This document shows positions 23,801 through 30,830 of a DNA stretch of 42,090 nt, piece after piece (the first letter of the stretch is position 1; the number at the start of each line of letters is the position of its first letter). Source of the DNA: a virus. Below the pieces are notes generated by a model. That model was not told the DNA's origin. It made no database searches and worked only from the letters and a program-made list of their open reading frames with translations. Both the position numbers and the translations under genes were made by a program. The stretch lies in the IMG/VR virus record IMGVR_UViG_3300018080_000056. One strand, given 5' to 3'.

Positions 23801-26623
23801 GATAAGGGGGAAACCGTAACCAGGGGAGGTGTTGACTACGAGGTTGTTGACGTAAAGGGTGACAAGTATAAATTCAGAAACAAAGAGAGGGGCACCGAGA
23901 CTGGATATATCGAAAGGGATGAGCTGCAAGGCATGGGTTTTACCCGTGGCGCCGAGAAGGAGAGAACCGTAAGGACGACAGAGCAGCGCAAGCAGCAAAG
24001 GATGGAGAAGGTTGAGGAGCTGGTCGAGGAGGGCAAGCTAAAGGCTGAGGCTGAGGAACCCGAGTACGATGTCGAAGCTGTCAGAGCCTCGATGGAGCGC
24101 ATAGAGGCTGCGAGGGCGGCAGAGAAAAGGGTTGAGGAGCTGGCTGAGACTGAGCCAGAGAAGATAGCGCAAGAGGTTCCAGAGGTGAGCGGGGGAATAA
24201 TGAAGAAGGGCTTTGCCTACGCCACCATGGAGGCTCCGAGGGAGGTTATGAGTAGGCTGTCTCAGAAGTCTGGAACCCTCAGTAAAATGATTAGAAATAA
24301 TTTCGATGGGAGCAGATTGCATAAACCTAGCACCATCCGTGGTCAATTCGAGAAGGCTGGTCTTAAGCCTGATGACGATATTATGCGGGCTCTTGAGCAG
24401 GACTACGCCTACAAGAAAGCACAGACAGCGCGGGGTCATGTCGAAAGATTAGTCAAAAATCTACGTGATGCTGGCGTGAGAGAAGAGATTATCAACAGCA
24501 CAAAGATTATGGACAGACACAGGATTGAAGATGTTGTCAAGGTTAAGCGTGAAGCTGACGGCACACAGAGCGTAGTCATAAGGCAGGACACCCTGGACTG
24601 GATAAAGAAAAACTGTAAAGCAAAAGACAGGCTCCCGTGGATGCGAAAATTCAGTAAAAGATGGCTCAAGAAGCAGGCTGGCGCCTTTGCAAATCTATTC
24701 GAGGTGCCTCAGCTATTCTTCGAGCGAATAGGTCTGAAGCCAATAATTTATGACCCGATACGAGCTGGAGAAAGAGCCGCTGAAGTCCTTAAGAGAGAGA
24801 CAAAGAAAGAGGTCGAGGATATTTTCAAGGGTATAAGCAAGAAGGGTCGCCAGAGAATCTTTGACTTCCTCTCGTCTAAGCAGGGTAAGGCTGAAGATAT
24901 GAAAAAAGCGGGCATAAGTCCTCCTAAATTGAGCGACCTGTCCACACGGGAGCAGCTCGCCATTGTTAAGTGGCGCAGATTCCTTAAGAAGTACAGTCCA
25001 AGAGTGCTTGACCTGGCTAAGAAGCACGGAAGAACGGTCAGGGAAATCGAAAGCTATTTCCCGATGTACACAAAAGATAACATCGTGTTCGTTGACGGGG
25101 CTAATTTTTATGATGTCATAGCCAGAAAAGACCCGTTCTTTAAATCCCTGCTTGAGAGGGACATGAACGTGCCTTACACCCTGTACGAAAGGGACGCCTT
25201 TAAGAACGCAGGTGCTTTTGCGGCTGCCATGTCCAACTTCCTTGAGATTGGAAAGCGCAGTATGAGGGTAAAGTACCTGATTGATAGCACGGAATTCAGG
25301 GATATGGTTGGCGGAGAGGCTTCAAAGTACATCGCTGAATGGTACAAGAACATCGTAAATCCAGACATTCCTAAGTTTCCCGCTGTATTCAGAAGGTGGG
25401 CTTACAGAGCATACCTGGGTCTTAATCCGATAGTCACGGCAAAGCAGGGCATATCTTTTGTTGATGTGATGATGACAGAAAAGACCCCGCTCATGCTATC
25501 TAAGGACGTAAAGCAGATTATTAAGCGCCTGGAAAAGCCGACTGTTACGGAGCGTGTTCCTGAAATAGCCGTGGCTGACATGAAATCCAAGGGCGATAGG
25601 GCCCTCCTGGCTGGTATAACCATTGCTGATAAGCTGTTTGCCAAGGGTGCATACAACAGGGTGCTAGGGGCAGAGCTTATGCAGATGAAGAAAGAGGGAG
25701 TCCGCTTCAATAACAAGACCCTGAGAGAGGCTGTAAGAAGGGTCTCTGACAGGATAGACCTAGCAATGGGAGGCATGACCAGGGCTCAAAGACCTAAGGC
25801 ATACAGGTCTGAGGTTGGTAAGTTTGCCTTGATGTTCACATCTACCATCAACTCAAGGTTCCAGTATTACATCAAGAACGCCGTAGAGGGAATCCAAGAC
25901 AAGGACTCTATTCATGTCGCAAAGACCTTGACCGCCTTTGCGCTTGGAGCATACCTCGAAGCTGCTATATCAAGAATGTCTCTCGACTGGAGCGATGCCG
26001 AGGATATGAAGTCAGACATCATCAAGACCGCCGCAGGTAATATACCCCCGATGGCGGGCTTAATCTACGCCCTGGATTCTGGGGCATGGATGCCATCTGC
26101 GGCACTAAAGAACATATCGGACGTTTTTAAGTATTCAAAGAGGTGGACTGAGACTGGAAAGCAGGGCGCACCCAAAGCGCTCTTCACAATCGCAGAGGTC
26201 TTTGGTCTTCCCAAGCAGGTTGGTAAGGTTTACGAGGGTCTCGAAGCTATTGATAAGGGCGTGAAGGTTGCTGGCGATAAAAGGATTGAGCTTGACAGCG
26301 ATGTTGAGAAGGTCAGGGCTCTCATTAAGGGGAAGTGGGGTTCCCTGGGCGCCCAGAGATATTTTACAGAGGTTGAGGAAAAGCAGGATTGGCACAAGGA
26401 AATTGCCAAGAGACTATCGAAGATTGAGGGTAAGTATTTTAGGGGCAGAATCAAGAACATAAAGACCTCCTCGTTCAAAAAGAATTTCTGGGGATATGTC
26501 GGAGCCCTTCCCGATGAGCAGAAAAAAGAAATAAAAGAAATCATACGGCTTGCAAGGAAGAGAGAGGAGACCCTCAACTGGACGTCAATCCTGAATTATC
26601 TAAAGAGGTATATCGGTGAATAA
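20867..26623 (+). CDS. Giant internal virion, ejection or possible polyvalent protein (1918 aa).
   Basis: One uninterrupted ORF (track start TTG 20867; an ATG at 20876 is possible). Gly/Ala-rich hydrophobic segments at about aa 190-290. Several globular segments separated by charged coiled coils. Last gene before the lysis cassette. Confidence 0.7.
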   Translation: MEVMDKQDVIRLAQQDAALWQQRQSISEEEVVSQAIKDAEGWQTPPELSEEEIAERGRALKSQAAFMPGMVLPEYEGMEPPEEGLTEPLSWKEQVEQEAAEREWGSHIKDVNLKRKGKAAEWFVKRIAAPIVKGGAQSGAQLSSMFGWLADNLSTGISKLTGMDKEKLETEIFDESKKQWQETGMTAEDLLHKDKASEFVNAVLSGVTSAGTSVIPLAWSLGGSLGLAYYGAWSGAAEPREGLTRAEAALEGAISGGLTHGILGAMGVLPTALKYPAAVGFGMITQPGNLEEKIKSGAVWAALMPGGKRVSTREFLDAYPKIKNRLMERDYIRALQTAMPGVTAKQLRAVGGAKKVFDSALWRVTDIVGKPESWERLGEKRPQLPEADRKAMIERELSKLEPDFLAGELGAVMKPGVSERERVQALYDEAKRPVETTIRVEPRADGTVDIRIVPTGEQVKKEDVAILQDLAKERTQLQGLFEQGKIGKDVLESHDQLSKTIRDSLSEQYEAPAYQITEALEKNLPRGLTTEPTPEVVKSGVRSKDFTIKADRAAEEVSKIHSEQGGSTINLSRGSLGRREGYAVSLYPEISEVIPGKDISPGRVRKFIEKNSELLKDPRLSIGTWYDKESGKSYLDVSAVIKDRDRAVELGKRYNQKAVMNLKNFEEIPTGGTGESQGFETPMQERLRVGGGETQTLYHFSPLEGDTAIIDPHAMGKGKMGAEGKQLKETGEIASPFLLKSNWYSPTAKTIEPHKWVGKNLYRVEVPKDELLYVDKPGMDADIKAAEAGKMGWFSKSHGQGRLIVPVEAEKVGAARFNKSTKVSGKNVMEFIETGKPEAGAAAEHAGAGGWSPEALSRGKTVEFVTYNGKNGKVTPIPGVEAVDTPAGSNEVKAQIDKTNGKVTILDKGKNVKHITNNQVSKAVQKEYQKLTDKINKARKKTEFPYETEEFQQMLERQEELKRQVEPEKVKEKLPPLFDKGETVTRGGVDYEVVDVKGDKYKFRNKERGTETGYIERDELQGMGFTRGAEKERTVRTTEQRKQQRMEKVEELVEEGKLKAEAEEPEYDVEAVRASMERIEAARAAEKRVEELAETEPEKIAQEVPEVSGGIMKKGFAYATMEAPREVMSRLSQKSGTLSKMIRNNFDGSRLHKPSTIRGQFEKAGLKPDDDIMRALEQDYAYKKAQTARGHVERLVKNLRDAGVREEIINSTKIMDRHRIEDVVKVKREADGTQSVVIRQDTLDWIKKNCKAKDRLPWMRKFSKRWLKKQAGAFANLFEVPQLFFERIGLKPIIYDPIRAGERAAEVLKRETKKEVEDIFKGISKKGRQRIFDFLSSKQGKAEDMKKAGISPPKLSDLSTREQLAIVKWRRFLKKYSPRVLDLAKKHGRTVREIESYFPMYTKDNIVFVDGANFYDVIARKDPFFKSLLERDMNVPYTLYERDAFKNAGAFAAAMSNFLEIGKRSMRVKYLIDSTEFRDMVGGEASKYIAEWYKNIVNPDIPKFPAVFRRWAYRAYLGLNPIVTAKQGISFVDVMMTEKTPLMLSKDVKQIIKRLEKPTVTERVPEIAVADMKSKGDRALLAGITIADKLFAKGAYNRVLGAELMQMKKEGVRFNNKTLREAVRRVSDRIDLAMGGMTRAQRPKAYRSEVGKFALMFTSTINSRFQYYIKNAVEGIQDKDSIHVAKTLTAFALGAYLEAAISRMSLDWSDAEDMKSDIIKTAAGNIPPMAGLIYALDSGAWMPSAALKNISDVFKYSKRWTETGKQGAPKALFTIAEVFGLPKQVGKVYEGLEAIDKGVKVAGDKRIELDSDVEKVRALIKGKWGSLGAQRYFTEVEEKQDWHKEIAKRLSKIEGKYFRGRIKNIKTSSFKKNFWGYVGALPDEQKKEIKEIIRLARKREETLNWTSILNYLKRYIGE

Positions 26624-26996
26624 CACAATGAAGAGAATCATCTTCGTGAGGAAGCTGGCTGCCCTTACAGAGATTGCAGCGCTCAACGGGATAGGTTTTA
26701 TCATCACGTGCTTTCATCGTACAGCCGAAGACCAGGCTGATAGATATGCCCAGGGCAGGACAAAGCCAGGCAGCATTGCGACCTACCTTGATGGCTACAA
26801 AAAGAAATCGAACCACCAGCGATGGCTTGCCGTGGATATAGCTATTGTCGAGAAGGGAAGGATTGAGTGGGGCAGGACGGAGGAATATGAGATGTTGGGC
26901 AGAATATGGAAGGAAGCCCTTGGTGGAACCTGGGGAGGAGACTGGGGCTTGAATGACATCTACCACTTCGAGTGGACTGGAGAAAAAAATGAATGA
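26616..26996 (+). CDS. Endolysin, peptidase M15 (VanY / L-alanyl-D-glutamate peptidase type), 126 aa.
   Basis: FHRTAEDQADRYAQGR, SNHQRWLAVDIA (H..D zinc ligands) and DIYHFEW match the M15 family pattern. GTG start with AGAGG 7 nt upstream. Confidence 0.8.
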   Translation: MNNTMKRIIFVRKLAALTEIAALNGIGFIITCFHRTAEDQADRYAQGRTKPGSIATYLDGYKKKSNHQRWLAVDIAIVEKGRIEWGRTEEYEMLGRIWKEALGGTWGGDWGLNDIYHFEWTGEKNE

Positions 26997-27159
26997 TAAG
27001 ACAAGGCTAAAGTTTGGGATGATTGCCTTCTTTTCCATGCTGGCAACAGCGATAGCGAAGCATTGGCTGTCTGGCATTTCAGAGACCCTGGTGATAAGCG
27101 CATGTGTACCAGTTGTAATGTACATCATAGGTGAAACGTGGAGGTCAAGCAAAAAATGA
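26989..27159 (+). CDS. Holin candidate (56 aa, two TM helices, basic C-terminus).
   Basis: Track ORF trimmed to MNDKTRLKFG (SD GGAGAAAAAAATG). TM helices FGMIAFFSMLATAIA and LVISACVPVVMYIIG. Ends RSSKK. Overlaps the endolysin stop. Confidence 0.65.
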   Translation: MNDKTRLKFGMIAFFSMLATAIAKHWLSGISETLVISACVPVVMYIIGETWRSSKK

Positions 27160-27806
27160 AAGACCTAAAGGGCGTGATTCAGATTGTGGCATTGATTGTA
27201 GTAATTCTCTTTATCTCATTCCTGATGCTGCAACTGGATAAGCGAGGCAGGCTTTCACCCCAGGTTGAATCGAGTGAATACCTGGTGCCAACGAAAGTCT
27301 ATCGCCCGCCCATTATAAGAATACCGTTTGTGAGGTATAAAACCCCCATACCTTTTGATGCCTTACCCATCCCACCCGAAGACATTGACAGAACGATAAC
27401 GATAACCACCATTGGCGAGACCCCTGTTGAGGCAACCCTCGTTGTTGACCGCAGGGGCAACGTCTATAAAACAATCAACTTTCCCGAAGGGGTTAATGTG
27501 GAGGTCGTAGAGTGGGAGCCCCCCGTGTTCCAGGTTGCACCACGGTTCGGGTACTCACTTGTTTACTCAGGGGAGCTTTACCATTGCCTATCTGTTGACT
27601 TGATAAGGCTGTGGCGCCTCCAAATTGGCTGCGAAATTGGAATCCAGCTTGCCAAAATCAGCGTATCCGATGCCCTCGTTGGAGCATCACTCAAGTATCG
27701 CTTTGGTACCATAGAATTATTTGGTGCCGAGGGGGACATCAGGGCTTTGTTGGGCTGGAATTTCATAAATCAAAAACCATATTTGGGGGTGAGTATAGGA
27801 TGGTAA
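27156..27806 (+). CDS. Envelope protein (216 aa) with an N-terminal TM anchor and a C-terminal amphipathic beta region ending in an OMP-like beta-signal (GVSIGW).
   Basis: ATGA overlap with the holin stop. VIQIVALIVVILFISFLMLQL. Alternating hydrophobic pattern over the last about 90 aa with a terminal Trp. Confidence 0.6.
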   Translation: MKDLKGVIQIVALIVVILFISFLMLQLDKRGRLSPQVESSEYLVPTKVYRPPIIRIPFVRYKTPIPFDALPIPPEDIDRTITITTIGETPVEATLVVDRRGNVYKTINFPEGVNVEVVEWEPPVFQVAPRFGYSLVYSGELYHCLSVDLIRLWRLQIGCEIGIQLAKISVSDALVGASLKYRFGTIELFGAEGDIRALLGWNFINQKPYLGVSIGW

Positions 27807-28210
27807 AGTGGCTGGCTTTATTCTTAGCGATGATGTTTTTGATGCCGTCCACCCTGGGTCTTTATCAAATACGCTGTGATTCCACAGAGCTTAAACCCTG
27901 GGTTGAGCCGATAGAAATCTGCTACATTATCACCTACACGGGCAGGGTGATTAGAGTAACGAGCGGCAGGAGCGATAGCGTCTGGTTTATCCCTACCTTT
28001 GAAGAGGTTATTGCAAGGCATGGGGTTAAACTCGATGATGTTTTTATCATAATACACAACCATCTTGTTCCGTCTGGTTTTTCCACGCCAGATGTAAGGC
28101 TTTATAACAGGCTCGTGCAGAGAGGGTTTGTTGGGATTTACGCCCTACGCACCCCAGGGGATAATGTGCTGATGGTTTACCCAAAGAAAGGAGAGGTGAA
28201 TAATGAGTAA
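27800..28210 (+). CDS. Secreted small protein (136 aa) with a JAB/MPN (RadC-like) type motif.
   Basis: Track ORF 27611..28210 trimmed to MVKWLALFLAMMFLMPSTLG (signal-peptide-like); its ATG overlaps the upstream stop. IIHNHLVPSGFSTPDV resembles HNHPSGxxxPSxxD. Confidence 0.55.
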   Translation: MVKWLALFLAMMFLMPSTLGLYQIRCDSTELKPWVEPIEICYIITYTGRVIRVTSGRSDSVWFIPTFEEVIARHGVKLDDVFIIIHNHLVPSGFSTPDVRLYNRLVQRGFVGIYALRTPGDNVLMVYPKKGEVNNE

Positions 28211-28478
28211 CGGTAACGATGAGCTGAAATTCAAAATGAAAGTTGCGGAGTGGCGAGGTTATGTTGGAAAGGCACTTGAATCAATAGAGCAGAACCAAAA
28301 AGATATATGCGAAAGACTTACGAGACTAGAAACTAAGATGGATGAGCGAATGGATGAGACCGAGAGGGAAGTGAGCGACCTGAAATCCAAGGTTTCCAAG
28401 CTGAGCGGGACAATCTCGCTTATCGTAAGCGTAGCCGTGAGCGGCATTGGCTTCCTATTGAAGAAGCTGTTTGGATAA
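28203..28478 (+). CDS. Coiled-coil protein with a C-terminal TM helix (91 aa).
   Basis: ORF track. LTRLETKMDERMDETEREVSDLKSKVSKL, then ISLIVSVAVSGIGFLL. Confidence 0.6.
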   Translation: MSNGNDELKFKMKVAEWRGYVGKALESIEQNQKDICERLTRLETKMDERMDETEREVSDLKSKVSKLSGTISLIVSVAVSGIGFLLKKLFG

Positions 28479-28522
28479 TGAGTTGACGAAATGCTATGCG
28501 AATTAGATAAGGAGGTGACGAA

Positions 28523-28666
28523 ATGCCATACGAAATAAGAAAAGAAGGTAAGAAGTGGTGTGTTTATAATGAAGATACAGGAGAGAAGAAGGGCTGTAGC
28601 GACACCAAAGACAAGGCTACGGCACACATGAGGCTCTTATACATGAAGGCTAAGGATAAAGATTAA
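28523..28666 (+). CDS. Small conserved-looking phage protein (47 aa).
   Basis: Own translation: MPYEIRKEGKKWCVYNEDTGEKKGCSDTKDKATAHMRLLYMKAKDKD. Strong SD TAAGGAGGTGACGAAATG. Below the track length cutoff. Confidence 0.55.
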   Translation: MPYEIRKEGKKWCVYNEDTGEKKGCSDTKDKATAHMRLLYMKAKDKD

Positions 28667-28953
28667 TGCCACTTGGGGAGCCATCTGATTTTCCTCACAA
28701 TTTCATAGGCAACATGAAATAAGTTGCTCAGCCTGTGAATCAAGAGCGGGAGAAGGATATACCAGAGACCCGTATATATTGTAATGCACACTACAGTTGC
28801 CACCCAAACACTCAAGCACCAACCGCAGGAAAATATCTCCCTGAAAAACCAAGCCCTCGCTAAGAATTTTCGAGGTCTTCTAAATAGGTTCGAGTGGAGA
28901 AGAATCTCGGTTATGGCTTCCGTGGCTACGACAGCCAGGATTATGTACTTCAT
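28663..28953 (-). CDS. DUF1360-like integral membrane protein (96 aa).
   Basis: Track ORF trimmed to MKYIILAVVATEAITE. The CGWCLSVW motif plus three hydrophobic helices are as I recall for DUF1360. TGATG overlap with the upstream gene. Confidence 0.55.
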   Translation of the reverse strand: MKYIILAVVATEAITEILLHSNLFRRPRKFLARAWFFREIFSCGWCLSVWVATVVCITIYTGLWYILLPLLIHRLSNLFHVAYEIVRKIRWLPKWH

Positions 28954-29150
28954 CAGTAAGCCCCCCTCTTTGTCCAGCCTCCACCCTTGAAGGCAATGCC
29001 CACCCTTGGTGGCTGCCTGTTCTCCCACCCGTTAAATAATTGACCACACTCAGCGCACTCGACATGATTAATGACGAGCGGGTTCGAGTCGAGGTGGACG
29101 TCCTCGTTTTTTGCCCCACAGTACGGGCATTTACAATCAAATATCGGCAT
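28953..29150 (-). CDS. FmdB-type zinc-ribbon protein (65 aa).
   Basis: MPIFDCKCPYCG ... CAECG, the typical FmdB-family N-terminus. Confidence 0.65.
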   Translation of the reverse strand: MPIFDCKCPYCGAKNEDVHLDSNPLVINHVECAECGQLFNGWENRQPPRVGIAFKGGGWTKRGAY

Positions 29151-29238
29151 CTTTTTTCTCCTCGTCCACTATTCGTGGACTTACTAGCTTTTACGGTGGT
29201 GGTATTATTAGCTTTTTCTACACGCCCCGATTTAGTCA

Positions 29239-29571
29239 TCAGCGTCTACCCCAAATATTACATTCTTTCATCCGCGGCTTTATTCCTTGGGATACCCAAA
29301 TTTGATACCAGCTCAACATATAAAACCGATATCCATTTCTAAAGCTTCTAAACACATTCCTTAGCGTTCTTACTTTTCGACAGTCTCCCCTTGGAACCCA
29401 TCCATGACGCTCATTCGACAAGTTTCGCAATCGCCAACTACGAGGTATGGTCCCGTTAATAACAAAGTATTTTCTCCCTGCATACCAAACCTGGTCACCA
29501 ACGCATATTTTCCAACACCACCGCAAACTTAACCGAATAATAAAAATCTTCCAGAACATTTTTCTAATCAT
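29239..29571 (-). CDS. Hypothetical basic, Trp-rich protein (110 aa) bracketed by 17-bp direct repeats.
   Basis: Track ORF trimmed to MIRKMFW (SD GAGGAGGGGGGGGATG). Repeats at 29217-29233 and 29589-29605. Confidence 0.5.
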   Translation of the reverse strand: MIRKMFWKIFIIRLSLRWCWKICVGDQVWYAGRKYFVINGTIPRSWRLRNLSNERHGWVPRGDCRKVRTLRNVFRSFRNGYRFYMLSWYQIWVSQGIKPRMKECNIWGRR

Positions 29572-29761
29572 CCCCCCCCTCCTCATCCTCTACACGCCCC
29601 GATTTGTCAGAACTGCGACTTCCCACTTCTGACGATTCTACGGGGGTGCAGGGTCTATACTTTGGACAAACATCACGCAGATACCTTGATATGCAATGAC
29701 TCCCCTCTAAAATACAATGCAAATCTTTCTCATGGATACAGCAATCAGATACTTTACTCAT
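29564..29761 (-). CDS. Hypothetical Cys-rich protein (65 aa).
   Basis: ORF track. Co-directional overlapping gene chain. Confidence 0.45.
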   Translation of the reverse strand: MSKVSDCCIHEKDLHCILEGSHCISRYLRDVCPKYRPCTPVESSEVGSRSSDKSGRVEDEEGGDD

Positions 29762-30029
29762 GCTTCACTACCTCCAGGAGTGCGGAGAGCAGGGCTTCGT
29801 GGACAACTTTAATGTCAGCACAATTTCCCAACTTCTCCAAGCAATCCGAGATTGAGGGGATGGGATATTCATCATCAACCCAAGTGGAGTCAAAAACTTC
29901 ATGCACCATAAACAAATATCCAACTTCGGCATCCCAAAACCAACACCCCTCGTAAATCTCCATACGCCAATACTTTGCTATCTCCTTGCTGAGCCTGATT
30001 GCCTCAGGTGTTATGTCACTTTGTTTCAT
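29754..30029 (-). CDS. Hypothetical protein (91 aa).
   Basis: ORF track. SD context GGAGGCAACCGATG, shared with the next two genes. Confidence 0.55.
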   Translation of the reverse strand: MKQSDITPEAIRLSKEIAKYWRMEIYEGCWFWDAEVGYLFMVHEVFDSTWVDDEYPIPSISDCLEKLGNCADIKVVHEALLSALLEVVKHE

Positions 30030-30378
30030 CGGTTGCCTCCTTTTCCTCTATCTCTATGCCCAACTCTTCCAACATCGCCTCAATATGAGGCTCTACGTGC
30101 TTCGATGTTTTGTGGCTATAGAAATCATCGTTCCAAAAGTTGGCCCATTTTTTTATCCACTCTCTCGTCACACTTGGCTTCTGCTGGGTTCCAAATTTCA
30201 AAGCTATTTCCTTTGGCCAGTCATTTCTCATAGACCACCACTCGATTATCTCCTTGAGCTGGTTGTGGGCTTGAATAGCCAAATCCTGAGCTTCGTCATC
30301 GGCAGCATTTGGGATATATCTATCAAAGACTTTGTTCAATGTGTGCACCAATTCTTTTTCCCCTAGCTTCTCACTCAT
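30016..30378 (-). CDS. Hypothetical protein (120 aa).
   Basis: Track ORF trimmed to MSEKLGEK (SD GGGAGGCAACCGATG). Confidence 0.55.
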   Translation of the reverse strand: MSEKLGEKELVHTLNKVFDRYIPNAADDEAQDLAIQAHNQLKEIIEWWSMRNDWPKEIALKFGTQQKPSVTREWIKKWANFWNDDFYSHKTSKHVEPHIEAMLEELGIEIEEKEATDETK

Positions 30379-30418
30379 CGGTTGCCTCCCTTTCAACGTT
30401 TTCCATTTTGGAAACACT

Positions 30419-30598
30419 TCATTCATTAGTTGCCTCCTTTACTTCCAGACATAATGTATCCAGACCCATGCTATCTGGTACGCCCTTGTCCACTAAAGGT
30501 GGACATTCTTGGGTATCTTCAGGCTCTTTTTCGAGCTTATCCCAATACTCATAATACTCATAGTGAGCCTCGAAATCTCTGCGGTCAGTCCTATTCAT
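30419..30598 (-). CDS. Hypothetical acidic protein (59 aa).
   Basis: Track ORF 30419..30769 trimmed to MNRTDRRDF. The upstream part overlaps the better ORF 30591..30830 in another frame. Confidence 0.45.
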   Translation of the reverse strand: MNRTDRRDFEAHYEYYEYWDKLEKEPEDTQECPPLVDKGVPDSMGLDTLCLEVKEATNE

Positions 30599-30830
30599 CT
30601 CCCATCTCCTCAATATCCACGCCCTCAAGATTGTACCTGTACCCATAGCGTCCGTTACCGTAAGAGTCTGGCGGGAATTCTTTTGTGAGAGCCTCGTCTG
30701 CGAATTCAAGCACGTCCTTAAATGATTTGGCGGTAACGGTAAAGGCGTAGGTAACCTTGTACCTCTCATCTCTTCTCGACCTGTCGTGAAAGTCTTTCCT
30801 GTATATCGTAGCGTATAGTTTGCACCTCAT
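30591..30830 (-). CDS. Hypothetical protein (79 aa).
   Basis: ORF track. Start overlaps the upstream stop. Confidence 0.5.
   Translation of the reverse strand: MRCKLYATIYRKDFHDRSRRDERYKVTYAFTVTAKSFKDVLEFADEALTKEFPPDSYGNGRYGYRYNLEGVDIEEMGDE

Noticed and set aside
20867-26623. The 1918-aa protein as a tape-measure protein of a long-tailed phage.
   Set aside because: No major tail protein or G/GT chaperone pair lies upstream, and no distal-tail, hub or fibre genes lie downstream; it is followed directly by the endolysin. The overall gene order fits a podoviral internal or ejection protein better.
26574-27152. A 192-aa minus-strand ORF.
   Set aside because: It is antisense to the motif-supported M15 endolysin and the holin.
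27611-27799. The upstream 63 codons of track ORF 27611..28210.
   Set aside because: This stretch overlaps the 3' end of the 27156..27806 gene in another frame. The internal ATG at 27800 overlaps that gene's stop and begins a signal-peptide-like sequence.
28880-29239. A 119-aa minus-strand ORF starting with an ATGA overlap at 29239.
   Set aside because: It runs through the FmdB-type zinc-ribbon gene and the DUF1360-like gene in a different frame. Its translation is Ser/Thr/Arg-rich and low-complexity. At most its first few codons in the 29151-29238 gap could be translated.
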